Shown here piece by piece: positions 23,437-36,420 of a stretch of DNA of 64,000 nucleotides (the stretch's first letter is position 1; the number at the start of each line of letters is the position of its first letter). The DNA is from Bispira polyomma (Eukaryota). The notes beneath the pieces were generated by a model. That model saw nothing but the letters and a program-made list of their open reading frames with translations. It was not told the DNA's origin and ran no database searches. Both the position numbers and the translations under genes were made by a program. Location of the stretch: positions 13,454,001 to 13,518,000 of the forward strand of contig OZ287757.1 of the NCBI GenBank assembly GCA_965649765.1. Reading direction: 5' to 3'.

Positions 23437-25741
23437 TATTAGTTCTTAGTTTATGTTTCAATTGTTTTTGCTATTAAGTCACTGAAAAGAGATAAACACG
23501 AGCCCACAGCGCTACTTTCTGGCCACACCAGTTTTTGGTTTTTAACTCGGCTTACAATTTGACAAATGAGCAAGAATAACACATAAGTTAGACCGTCCCT
23601 TAACAACCAGCTCTAGAGCTAAACCAAGCCTGAGGTTGTCAGATAGTAGATGTGAACTACAAACACTGCCCGTAACGAAAGTTCCATCCGTTTCAATAAA
23701 ACACTAAGTCCTAAAAACATCCTTGTCAATTGTCTCATATATGACATAAAATAAAACAGTTTGTATAAAATGTAAATTATCAAAAAAACAAAACAAATTT
23801 TTTCCTGCCACACTTATCCGTGGCTAATTTCAAACTGACTTATGTTTACTAATAAGTCTCTTTGCTTACTGCTCTTGACCAATCAAATTGATTTACCTTA
23901 ATTTCCACATAGCAACATGGGGGTTGTTTATTGATGACTTAACTTTTTTAACTGTGTTACCACTAACCTGGTACCCTCATGAATTTAAGGTTGTGAAGGT
24001 CTGACATGGGCAATGCCTTAACACTGCCCCCGACTAAGAAGAACTGTATTATTTCTGAACACCTGCTGAAGGATCTTTACAGTCAAAAATTAATATAGAT
24101 TGATCATAGAAAGTACCTCAGTAAGATTATCGGCACCAATTGTCACTGCATTAAAAACTAAATTTTATTGTAACAATTTCTCAAATATAATTGTAAAGTA
24201 ACTCCATATTTTACACATGGTTTTAGCTAATGATGAAACACACATCAATTTGTAGATTATATGCATAAAACATCTGTTATCTTTTTAATCTTGGGATGCT
24301 AAAATAGCATTATTTGCTTAATTGATACCATAAATAGGGGATAATTAAACAGGATATCCTCATTACTACAAATCATTTGTTTCAGGTAATAATTCCATAC
24401 ACATTAACAGATATAAATAAAATGTCACAAATAAAAATAAGTCCTTGTATATAATTACAAGCAATCCTAGGTTGACATATATTCTCTTTATTCAAATAAA
24501 CTTTTATGGCTAAAAAAAACCGTCTCAATATTTATCTATACTACAAAAATTAAGGCCACCTTAAACTCAAGATTTATTAGTTATTAGAATAAGTTGGCCT
24601 TTAGATAATCGTATGTTAAGATTGTTACTTAATGTGACATTAATCTTAAACATTATCACAGTTTCTATATAAAAGTTACTCTCAACATGGTTGTAAAAAA
24701 ATCTCAACTGGTTATGTTTTTCAAGGTCAAACTTTCAAGGTCAAAGTTAGCCATATTATACAGGTAGGAGGCAATGTGAATATAAGTCTGAACTTATTTT
24801 TACACATACACAATATTCTATCTATGTTACTTCTATTTTTCTTCGATATATTCCACTGGGGTGATGAAACTGATCAGTGAAATATCAGTCTGAGTCATGG
24901 AAATGTGTCATTTCTGCATTATTAATGACAGCAGGGATAGCGTTTGTGTGAAGACTATACCAACATCAACCATATCTTATTATGGCATATGCGGCTCTAA
25001 TGATACAGACTGTGTGAAAACATGTATATTATGTAATTGTATCCACAGACGAGAGATGGGGATACTTTTTTCTTGCGCTATAATATCTCTTAAGTAATTA
25101 GACTGTAATTGGATCAAAGTATTCTGAATTGAGTGCTTTGTTTGTGATATGTGTTGTTGAGCTACGGTTTGATGTGGTTGCAATGAAGTCATGGATGCTA
25201 AAGAGGTTATTACTTTCAATAAGTTTGTTAAGTACTTGCTGTATATTGGTGGTTTCTTTCATGATTGAATCTGGCCGTTGTAATATGACATAAGCTGTTA
25301 AAAGTAACATCAACCCCAACTAAATACTATAAATTAATTCTATAAACATTCCCAGTGGTTTTACATTGGTATCAGTGTAGCAAGTTATTTTTGTCTATGT
25401 ATAGTGGTAGGTGAAATTAGTCCTATATGATCGGGTCAGTATCTTTCACAACTACTGTATGTAACACTTTACTGTATGGAGTCAGTAAAAACATAATCCC
25501 ACAAAAAGGCTTAAAATGCTTTATGGGCGTATTGTCCATCAGATGGATTATAAAACTCATAGCCTTAATTTACAACTGAGTAAAGGCTGTATAACTTTGC
25601 AGTTATAGTCTGGTACTACAGACCACTGGTAATTGGTTTAACCACAAAGGATCATAACCTGGCCTAAACCAAGTCCTTCAATGGGAATTTTGGCTAAATA
25701 ACAAGGTCAGTTACTTGTGCTGTGCTAATAGGTAACTGTGG

Positions 25742-25985
25742 GTGTCACGGTGGAGTACTTCATGCCCTTGTGAATATCACTGTCTGCTTTAATATCACTT
25801 ATCTCTGACCTCTGAGGACTGTGAATTTAACTCTCACTGCTTGCTCCAGCATATGTGAGAGGTTTGCCATCTATTTGCGATAGGTCAATGGTTTAAAGTA
25901 CAAATAGTACTGGTTACCAATAAATCCGATCATCACAATATGACCAAAGTGATGTTAATAGTGTCGTAAAACTAAAATCAATTCA
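25742..25985 (+). mobile_element. V-domain-like SINE
   Basis: ATGTGAGAGGTTTGCCATCTATTTGCGATAGGTCAATGGTTT...CCAATAAATCCGATCATCACAATATGACC resembles the V-SINE core and tail seen in mollusc SINEs. Confidence 0.5.
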
Positions 25986-28900
25986 AATTTAATGAGAATA
26001 ATGACTGTGATGTATAAACACATACTAGGAGCTGTCATTGTAGGCAAAGTATAAATACTTTGCGTTGACACACATACAACAGTCCACGAAATGTCTTAGT
26101 CTTTACTTTTTAAGACTGCATACTGTTAGTCAGTCATAAGAGCAAAGTTAAAACTAACTAATCTTTATTGCTGTAACTAGGGCCAAGACCAAAATCTTAA
26201 TATTTCCAGCCCAAATCAAACCCCAAATCTGAAGCTTAAGAGTTAATATTAAGACCTTTTGTGAATACAGCCCCTGGGAAGATCTTCACTAGCCCAAACA
26301 AAATTTTGTTAGCTGCTTTTTTTGCTGTGCTTTAATTTCTTTGTTCATGGTGATCCATGTGTCATGATGTATATACTCACAATACAACATTTAATCCATC
26401 GTCTACCTCTTCCTTTATCAGTAATAAAGGTACTTGTCAAGCAGTGCTGAATGTACTTGAGATGTAAAGAAATCACATTACTTTGTATTTTTTTAAAGGA
26501 CGATGTCTTCTAACTTTCATTTGTTTTGCTTAACATTACCATTGCAAATCCCAAGACAGTGTTCTGCAATGCAAAAGAATACCCTTATGTTTACAACGAA
26601 GTAGTAAAGAAGTAAACCACCTCCATTGCAGTTTGTTAAGTACTAGACTTAACTTAAATAATGTGTCATTATGATGAATAATTTATAAAGTTTATAAAAG
26701 TTTATAAAATATGTTTTTAGTGATTTACTGACTTTTTGATGGTATTATACAAATCAAAACAGCAGCATATATTCAAAGATATATTTAACCTTGTGTTTAA
26801 CATGATAGTTAACCTTTTATTGACTGTCCAAGTACAGGCATCTAGCACCAGTAGCTATCTATCTTCAAACTAAAGATTGAAGCTCAAGGAAAACCATTTC
26901 AAGTAGCGACCTGAGCCACTGTAATTTTGTCTGTACATGGTCGCATCAGAATTCAATCAAATCTAGGTCTGTTACTAGATTGTATATCATGGCTGACCAT
27001 ATTGCATTAACCATCTTCGTCTGTACAAGATTAGATTAACTATGTGACACTGACTTTGGCTTGAAGTTTTGATTTGGCCTGATGTTTGGTTTGCTAACAA
27101 TATTTAAATGAGACACATATAGCGCCCATAAAAAGTATTTTATTACATTTTGAACTAATTGCTTAAATAGGCAAAAATAGGATAAAACACATAGTTTAAT
27201 GCTTTTTTTCCCCAAGAAAACGTTCTGAACTGTTTGAACCAATGCGTTCCAAGCTACAGAAGCTATAAATATAACTGACCTGTTGACATTAAGTCAAGGA
27301 TATAGCCGTATGCATAAATATTATTACACTGTTAACTCAATACAAAGAGAGCTATGGATCATGATTTGCATAAGATTAGTCAAATTACACAGTTTAATGA
27401 TGATAACTTTACATTGTACTTGATATTTATTACCTAGATTATACCTGAATGAATAATTCAAGGGATTTTGCAAATGTGCTATTTATGCATCTAGATAAAA
27501 AAAATTGCAAAGCTACAAAACACACCTAAGTTAGAATGAGGATTCTGCAATAAGTATGTGAGTATCCTTTTTCTCTATTATTAAAATAGATGCATAATAT
27601 GATTTGGCCAATTCTTTCACATACTTTGTTATGGATGTAACCCTGTTTACCAGCTGGGCCACCCGTCTGATTGTTAAAAAGGCTAATGTAAATACTTTAG
27701 TGTATTACTCAACACCAGTCTCCCAGGTTATACATTAAAATGAGGTTTAAAATATGTACAAACAAGTACCAGGAACAAACACCAATTCATAAATGTGTTT
27801 AGTGGCCCATTCTGTAGCATTACAATTAAAGTATTTTTTGTGCTACATCTTCACTATAGGAGAACTCAAAGTCCTATAACATCCTGATCACACACAAAAA
27901 TTATTACTAAAAAGGGCAAAGCCAAGGCTGTACAAAATGACAAAAGGTCAAAATAAAATGCTCTTTGATGTCCTGATGTTAGTGGAAGATTATTCCAGAG
28001 AGATATATGATGCCTAATATGATGTTTATTTGTCAAAATGGCAACTCTGTGGGTAGCTGTACTTTGCATATTTTGGAACTTCGAAAACATTGTGATCATG
28101 GTTTCTCACCTGAGTCACTATATATGAACTGTGTGGATGTGCAACTTCTTCAAGGTTAACCAGTTGTGGTTCAAGGTTAATCAGTTGGCCAAACTTGTTT
28201 GTTTTGTATGTCAGGAGAGGAATTTTAAAATTGATTTTAGTAGAACTAGTCGTTTAGTGACTATTTAGCAAATGAAGTTTTGAATGATTTGGAGTCATTT
28301 TATGTCAATGCTGGAAAAGCTAACAAACTATAATAAATTTGTAATTTTGCATAGACTGGACAAATGACTATAAAAAGAAAGATTTGAGTTAAAAATTACT
28401 TTACAATCCTTAACTGTCTTGGGTGGCACGACATCATTTTTGGATGTGTACATGTGTATATATGTTTCTTGCATTGGGTCTTCAATATTAACAAAGTTGG
28501 TTGCTTACTGCACATGAACGTTTATGTATTCCATTACTGTTTATAAGGTTATACCACAACATTAAGCACGGTCATTGTGTGTCTTAACTTGTCATTTCTG
28601 CCATCTATATTCACGTCAGGTAACATACTCAAATAAGGGGGTTTAAATGGGTCATTATTTTGTATCACGACAGCCATGATTAGTCAGCATAATAATACAA
28701 CAGTAGTTTCTGGATGAATAATTCAACAAGTAAGATATATGGAATCAAAAATGTGTGATACTCTTATTATATTTTTGTTTTTGGTTTAGCCTTTATTTAT
28801 TACAGAATTGTCCCCTAAGGTAATGGACAATATTCAAAATGAAAAATTATGTCACCAACTTATCATAGTCTAGTATTGTCTACAATTGATCATCTTCTAT

Positions 28901-29019
28901 TCCAGAAGTACATAACTTGTAACCAAGTTGTTTAAGATTCTGTATTATTCTAGATTAGTATTCTTTTTTACTAAGTACACCACTCCCCTCAGTAAAATAA
29001 TCTCTCAGTTTAACGCCAT

Positions 29020-29240
29020 TCATCATCTTATGCTAATGACACACAAATATATTTAGCACTAGATGCAACAAACTTTGACTCAAGCATATCAGAGTTGGCA
29101 ATATGCCTTGAGGCATATGGATGGATAGTGTGAAGCTTAAACTCAACCTAGACAAAACTGAATTGATATGCTACTCGAGACAGTTTCAAACCATTCTTCC
29201 CGATCAGTCTCCTTAACAACAATATGTCATCATCAAATAA
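29020..29240 (+). mobile_element. L2/CR1 LINE RT fragment
   Basis: HLYANDTQIYLAL and KLKLNLDKTELI, degenerate YADD and KLN..KTE motifs. Confidence 0.7.
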
Positions 29241-29452
29241 AGTAAAGCCATGTCTGACCATACCTAAAATAACTCCACAGGCTACTGGTCGAACAACGCA
29301 TTTAAATACAGCATTCTTGTGTTCCAAGCTATTAAACTCAACCAACCTCCTTAATTGTTCTCACTCATCAAATCTAGTAGCCATACCCGGTGAAACCACC
29401 TCTCCGTGTTCTCAATCCGACCAAACAGAAAAATCTGCAGGCGTTGCTTTGC

Positions 29453-30927
29453 TATTGTGGTTACACCTAAATGTGTTAACGTCCCCAAATGTACCTAAGC
29501 AATATACACTGAAAACGTGGTAGTTTTGTGTCATAGTGTGATGTTTCATTTTCATAAAGGGGGAATCCATTGTGACGTTTTGTGACGTTTTTGTGACGTT
29601 TCATGACGTTTCGTGACGATGTTGGTTTTTGTAACATAACATAACATATTGCATTTGATATTGCGGATTTTTACAATTCTGTTTCAAATGCACATTTACA
29701 TGAAAGTCTACTTGTAATACTTGTCAAAGATATATTTCTTTTCCTAAACAGTTTTAGATTGTTACAGTCCTTGATGTTATAGGGTAACTCATTCCACAAT
29801 CATCTTGATGCAAAAATGTGTCGGCTTGTTTTAGGTACATGAAGATTGTTTGAGAAAGTCGAGGATCTGAGTCCTTCTCTGAACACTGGTTTTTGAGTCA
29901 GCAGGTTTTGCAAATATTCTGGAGCGTTTCCTTGCAGGCAATTGTACACAAGCACCACAATTTTGAATTCAATCCTGGCAGCAATTAGTAGCCAGTGAAG
30001 TAGCTTTCTGGATTCAGTCGAGCTTTTATATTTTGTCCTGTTTAGTAGTAATTTGGCAGCTATATTTTGAACTCTTTGCAATTTCTTGATTGAGTTTTGT
30101 GATAAACCAAACAGTACACTATTGCAAAAATCGAGGTGTGACATTACTAAGCCTAGAACTAGTGTATGTGTTGCTTCCATTGTAAGGGTGGATCTGATGT
30201 TTCTAATTCGGTGAATGTTTAGCATAGCTACTTTGCATTTATGGGTAATGTGTTGTTTGAAGTTGAGGTGGTTATCCAAATAGACTCCTAGATACTTAAT
30301 GTCAGCACTTGAATTAACATTTTTACCATTCACTTTTAAACTATGTAAGAAACATTTTTTGAGTTGCTTTGGATGGCTAAACAGGATGAATTCAGTTTTA
30401 GAGCTGTTCATTTTAAGACGGTTGCAATTCATCCACAATTTTATGTCCTCAGCTCAATTTTCTAATGATCTAAGAGTGGTGGCTTCTGCTGAGATGTTGT
30501 TTGCTGAGAATGACAATTTGATTGTCAAATTGCTTGTACACATGGAGCGGCAGCAAAAAACAGACCCTTTACTGGTAGGCTATCACTACCTACCACTACA
30601 TAGAGCTACTGACTTCTTCTACTTACTGGTGCGTTCTGCTTTATTTTGTTACCTAGTAAAACGTTCCATGACGAATACAATGAATGGAGACAATATCATT
30701 ACTTACTGATACATCTATGCTACTTTTGGAAACTATCAAACAGTTTGAAACAATCGTCGCAGCAGACGAAACGGAGACGTTTTAGGAATGATACCATCCA
30801 TTAATCAACATCACGGAACAAACGCACGAGGGATCCTCACTTTTTACTACGTTTCAAAACGTTTCCAAAATTCACACAATGTGACACAAACGTTGCTCTA
30901 GAACGTGTAGGTGTGACCAGGCCATTA
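29453..30927. mobile_element. Harbinger-like MITE (~600 bp) interrupted by an L2 LINE
   Basis: TIR GGTTACACCTAAATGTG vs ACGTGTAGGTGTGACC; TGTGACGTTT repeats; uninterrupted sister copy at ~31835-32419. Confidence 0.7.
29634..30533 (-). mobile_element. 5'-truncated L2/CR1 LINE (ORF 29800-30438)
   Basis: WMNCNRLKMNSSKTEFI, KYLGVYLD, SHLDFCNSVL and LHWL motifs; (TGTTA)n 3' tail; TTGTA on both flanks. Confidence 0.88.
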
Positions 30928-31544
30928 GGAAGCCATTCAGATTTATTATCATCTTGGCGGTCAGGGTCACGTCGATTGGCTGTGTATAAGCCGATAACTC
31001 TTAGTCAATCATGAGCCTTCAACAAGTTACCTTTACCCCATAATTATTTATTTTTGTCAATCACCACCCACCAGGACCATACTCCTTACAAAATTCAAAG
31101 TTCAACATAAAGATGAATCTTCCCTTTTAAAGATACATTGGGAACTATGGCGACTAATTTTGTATATCCTGCCATATGTCAAAGATTAATCTCTATAAAT
31201 ACCTCGAGTGAAATTATAACTCGGCCCAATGTAAGATAGCCCAGGAAGCCTAAAGATAACTTGGGCCATTGTTAAAATAACCCGTGAAGACAAAGGATGT
31301 CACTAGTCACCTGCCAGGACAAATAATTTAAATTTGAAATAAAACATCCTGGAAGCCACATCCTTGCGCCTAAAGATCAATCGTGAGGCTTAATGATTCA
31401 TCTTCTGTATCCCCAAGTTATCCTGTCACAGGGTAAAGATAAATCTCTGAACAAACCCCAATACATCGTAGAAGACTAACGATAAATCGAGCCATTGTTA
31501 GGATAACTCTTTATTTTATTACTTTGCTACGTATTGTGTTATCT

Positions 31545-31745
31545 AATAATTATTAATTGAAACATTTGTTAAGCACCAAATTGAGGGAATGTCCAGGGGC
31601 AAGCAAAAGGTTGTTACCAGAAAGCATCCACCAATGGAAGGGTGACTAAGAAGGGGAGTAGACCAGTCTGAAAAGGTAAGTTTTCAGATGGTTTCTGAAA
31701 CCAGTGGTTTTATCCTGTGATCTGACAGTGTGTGGGAGTTTGTTC
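31545..31745 (-). mobile_element. L2 LINE 3' end fragment
   Basis: Minus strand NKLPHTVRSQDKTTGFRNHLKTYLFR, typical L2 ORF2 C-terminus. Confidence 0.65.
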
Positions 31746-31834
31746 TATTCAACAGTATTTTTGCTCAGGGTTTTAAATCGTGGCCGATCGGAAGCATTAT
31801 CGGCTAAGGGAACTGCTCTTTTAAGGACTAGTTG

Positions 31835-32419
31835 GGCCTGCACATGCTAGCGTCCCCCAACGTATCAAAGCCATATAAACTGAAAACTTGGTAGTTTTGT
31901 GTCAAAGTGATGTCATTTCCATAAAGGGGGAGTCAATTGTGACGTTTTTGATGTTTCGTGATGATGTTGGTAGTTATACACACGAAGTGAGTGCAAAGAT
32001 CGATCATTTTATTGGTAGAATATCACTACCTACTACTACGTCTATCTACTGTATGCTGCTTACGGCTGCATTCTGTTGCGTTTTGCTACCTAGTGAAATG
32101 TTCTACAACGAATATAGACGTATAGAGACAATTTCACTACTTACTGCTATTTAATGCCTCTTATACAGACGAGTGGAGACGTCCTCGAGAAACGGAGAGC
32201 TTTGTCATGATTATATCAAACAATTTGAAAAAATCGTGGTAGCAGACCAAACGGAGACGTTTCCGGAACGATATCATCGATTAAGCAACATCCGGAAACG
32301 AACGCACCAGGGATTCTCACTTTTGTATTACCTTCTACTACGATTGTACTGGGTTTCTAAACAATTAAAAATGTCGCACACACATAGCTCCAGCACGTGT
32401 AGGTGTGACTGGGCTATTA
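31835..32419. mobile_element. Second copy of the Harbinger-like MITE (left end truncated)
   Basis: Colinear with 29470-29633 plus 30539-30927; right end ACGTGTAGGTGTGACTGGGCTATTA. Confidence 0.75.
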
Positions 32420-34129
32420 CATGCTGTTAAGAACTGTTTCAGTTCGCCCAAAGCTGTAGTTACATACAGTCCATCAAGAGCTTTATTACTAGCTAATTTG
32501 CCACAAAGCATTAAGATTTTAATTCGGGAATGTGGGACACTGGAGAACATTGGTTTAGATTTATTTTAGTTTAATATAGCTTTTAAAAACTGCATATCGT
32601 GGTTACCATGTCTATTTCATTGGTAAACTTCGTAGATGATCACGCACACACCAATTTGATGTATTGTGGGTAATTTTAAGGGTTCTTATTTTGATTTAAA
32701 ACTGAAGCAAAAACTTCCACCAAGTTAATGGGGGTATTTGTAAAAATGCTTGTATTTGTAAACACCATTATACAAATTAACTATTAGTTTCAATAGACCT
32801 TGCAGCACTAAATTGAAATACAAAGTTGAACGTTATTTAACTGTATTATAGCAGTTGATATGCAGTCCTTTAACTGTTTGAGTCTGAGTACAGTTTGAAG
32901 TTTTTTGTTAAAAATATGACCACAGATAAAAGAAGAGTCAATGTGACAGGCAGCTTCTCAAATGGATCAAATGAAATCCTAAATTAACACGTTGACATTT
33001 AAAATTCATGAATAAAAAGCAAAACATTTTAGCGGTCGACTACAACTTTTTCCGTTTGTAATTACTTTTGGAAATGGAAAAAATTATGCAAAAAGTATGA
33101 ACATTTCTGTTGTAAACTAATGAAGCTATATTACAGCAAATGCAAAATTTACTAACCATTTTGAGGGCAAACTCAAGACCTTGTATGTGTTTAATTATTG
33201 TTGCTCAAGGTTTTCTGCACTGCAAAGCACTGGGTTTAACAATTCTATTGCCACATTTCCCATATGCATGTAATTTGCGGATTGAACATAGGATGCAGAG
33301 GCTGGAGTATTAACCCCGAGGCCACAAAGGTATATTTTAATAGCAAGAAAAAAGTTGAAAATAATAGCATCTAATGAAACATAAATCATAAATATACTTG
33401 ACATATTTTTTTAACTAAACAAGTTATTGATTTTACTCCAAAATATCAAACTCTATTTCAAGAAGTATGAAAAAGCATTCAGTGACCACTGAACAGTCAC
33501 ATATCTCTCAGCCAAGACAAAAGCTACTTTTGCTATATAAACAGAATGTTGTGACCACTATGGCGGACAGAAATCAAAAATTGTTCAAGCGAACGAACCA
33601 ACAGACAAAATCAAAATATAACCTCCTAGCTGCAAGGAAGCAAGCTACTGTGGATAAGGTAAAGTCTTTTATTATCGCTCAGTAAAATATAATATTTTGA
33701 TGAATTTCCTAACATTGTTTTCAAAAGCTATTGCAGCACTGGTACTGGTAGTAATCGTAGTATAACCATCTTATATTTTTGCCCACCAAAACTTGGGTGA
33801 TTAAATCATAAAAATTTACCTTACAAATGCTACCTCTTCAGAGATAAAAGCTGGCATCTCATTGAACGAATTTTTATTTAATTTTTGTGTAGAATATTTA
33901 AACGATTTCAATGCTTGTATTACTGTTGAGGCGCAAGGTCTGTTAGTACAAAGCGATTTCACTGGTTACTGCAGGGCGTAGCTTGTGCAGAACCCAGTAC
34001 GCCCTAGCGTACCAATTGTATGAGAGAAGGAGAAACCCCTCCCCCTATGAATTTTTATTAGCACAAAAACAAACATAATATTTGGGAAGTACTAAATGAA
34101 AAATTCGAGCTACTCCCCTGTACGGTAAA

Positions 34130-34240
34130 CGGACAAAACCCCACTAGGCATAACCCCACTCAGACCAAAACCCCATAAGGCAAAACCCCACTGGACATAA
34201 CCCCACTCACACAAATGAGAATTAGGACAAAACCCAACTA
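34130..34240 (+). repeat. Tandem ~16 bp GGACAAAACCCCACT-type array (about 6-7 units), probably a foldback/Mutator-like MITE end
   Basis: Direct read of the repeated units. Confidence 0.65.
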
Positions 34241-34929
34241 TTCATTTAAAAAAAAATATTTTCTTTTATCTTTTATTTAGCCTGAGCCGATAGTAGAATT
34301 AATATAAAGCACACTTCAAACACTAGCATTGTCAACAGCTCCTTTATTTATGAAAGCCTGAGCAGCTAGTAGAATTAATATAAAGCACACTTCAAACACT
34401 AGCTAGTAGAATTAAGAATTAATATAGACCAGTTAATTGTACCTCTGATCATGAATGTCTAAGTAACTAAAACAATTGATCAAATTTTTAACATCCTTAA
34501 AGTTTGATATTTTTTAAGTTTCACTTTAAAAAAACAATCTATATCTTAAAAAATATTTATCATCTTCAAACTATGTAGGAAACTGTACTGTGTCAGCGAT
34601 TCTGATTGACTAACCACATACACAGTTTAACAATAAATATTTGGCAGATAGAAAAACACATGGATGGATCAATTTTGAAAGCAATCAAAGGGATTAATAT
34701 CAATCGCCGTATTAGGAAAAAATGTATCATATTTTATATTGATCATAGTTTAGAAAACGTAATTGTATTTGTATGACAAGATCGATTCTGCAATTAAAGA
34801 AAATTGAATATAATAAACAGACGTATATGCCGCTTCATTCAGGGAGTACTTTAACTATCACATCCAGGCCTGTAAGTATTATAGATACTCGGTAGTATAT
34901 GGAGACATGATTCCAAATGACGTAGACTA

Positions 34930-35410
34930 TTTAGTCCATTCAGAGACTAAAGCCAAATTTCTAAGTCCCAACAAATTTTCAAATTCTATATCTTTTCCTC
35001 GATATTCGAACTTTGTCTATAGTGTTGTCAAATGCTTGGTGAAGTTTTGGAAAGCTACTATATTCCTAACTTGAAAAAATAGGTTTGTCCTCCATCCAGT
35101 GTCCATTCAGAAAACAAGGCCTAATTTCAAAGTCCCGGCAAATTTTTAAATTCTATATAGATATATTTAGAGACTAAGGCCTAATTTCAAAGTCCCGATA
35201 AATTTTCAAACTTCATATTTTTTCCAAGATACTCTAAGTTTGTCTAGTCTATGGTGTAGTTTAATGTTTGGTAAAATTTTAAAAAGCTGCTATATTTCCA
35301 ACTTATAAAAAATATGTGCTTGTCCTCTATCTGAGTATTACAGATGGCCGGACGAACCAACAGCATGATGCCCCCTCCAATTAGAATAAATTTTGATCGG
35401 GGGCACAAAA
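34930..35410 (+). mobile_element. Helentron-associated (HINE/pearl-like) element with internal tandem repeats
   Basis: Three related units at ~34933, 35100 and 35167, then a degenerate ACGG/GACG microsatellite, hairpin TGCCCCC(35369)...GGGGGCA(35405) and an A-tract. Confidence 0.55.
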
Positions 35411-35698
35411 ATTATCTGTCAACCTAAAGATAAAATAGAAAATTTTTATCTGCCAACCTGTCTATTTAAAAGTAAAATAAAAAAATATTATATGTTAACC
35501 TGTCAACCTATAAGCTATAGAAAAAGCCTCCACAAATAGAATTGTAAACCAATCCCCCAACCCATGCCCCCCTCCTCTTTAGTCATTCCCCCTGCATATG
35601 TAATGACATTCTTGCTTCTCAACAGGGTTGAATAGTTCTCACAAAACCCCCTAAATTGAAATAGACTTAGATGATAGTAGTCTTTCACAGGCGTTAGA

Positions 35699-36420
35699 CA
35701 GGGTTGCGGCCGATGTAATAGAAGTAATAGAAAAGTAATAGATTTGTTGAAATTTCAAAGTAATAGTAATAGATTTTCAAACTTAAAATGTAATGGTAAT
35801 AATAATAGATTGCAAAGTAATAGATTTTATCTATTACTTTTCTATTAATTTCATTGTTTCATTATGGAAAATATTCCATTAGGCACTCACATTTTTACAC
35901 TGTGTGACAAAATTAAATATTGTGAGATTTCCACTCATAACCCAGATTTAAAGGATATATATTTATATGAATCCTTTTCAACAACAGATATTTGATATAT
36001 TTTGATTCCTCCTTTTAAAATTTGTTCATGTTAAAAACCCATATACTTCTATTCAGATTTTTTTACACTTAAAAGGATTTTAATATTGTTAATTTTGTAT
36101 TTTAGAAAACACTTTTTAAAGAAATGAAACATTGTATGAATAAAATTATAGTATGTGATTACAAATGATACATAAACTTTTGTCTTTGTTTGGACCCCAT
36201 TCTGGTTCACCCCCATTATTTAATGAATGCCTACCTAATCCCTTTTCTGATATGGTGTTTGTGCAAAGGACAATGAATGGCAATGACGGGTACCCACTTA
36301 TGGATGTGACACTTTGTGAAATTTTGACCCTTGTTTTTTTTCAAAATTTAGAATGTAATAGTAATAGTAATAGATGGCAATGTAATAGTAATAGATGGCA
36401 TGTAATAGACCCCAACCCTA
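35699..36420. mobile_element. Intact hAT-type MITE
   Basis: TIR CAGGGTTG...CAACCCTA; perfect 8-bp TSD GCGTTAGA (35691-35698, 36421-36428); GTAATAG subterminal repeats. Confidence 0.92.

Larger units (their letters stand above)
18550..24034 (-). mobile_element. DIRS-order (Ngaro-like) tyrosine-recombinase retrotransposon, near full length, degenerate
   Basis: gag, RT, RNase H and YR in order on the minus strand; boundaries fixed by the empty site in X1 (TCCATGCTC^TGAAAAGAACTG at ~8093). Confidence 0.92.
16791..33197 (+). repeat. Segmental duplication copy X2, enlarged by TE insertions
   Basis: Colinear with X1 once the DIRS element (18550-24034) and the 28.9-32.4 kb TE cluster are removed. 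Confidence 0.88.

Noticed and set aside
24858-24896. C/D box snoRNA (TGATGA...CTGA)
   Set aside because: Too short and the C box is not conserved in the paralog at ~8856
30930-31530. Possible solo LTR with internal short repeats
   Set aside because: No TG...CA ends, TSD or partner LTR could be identified
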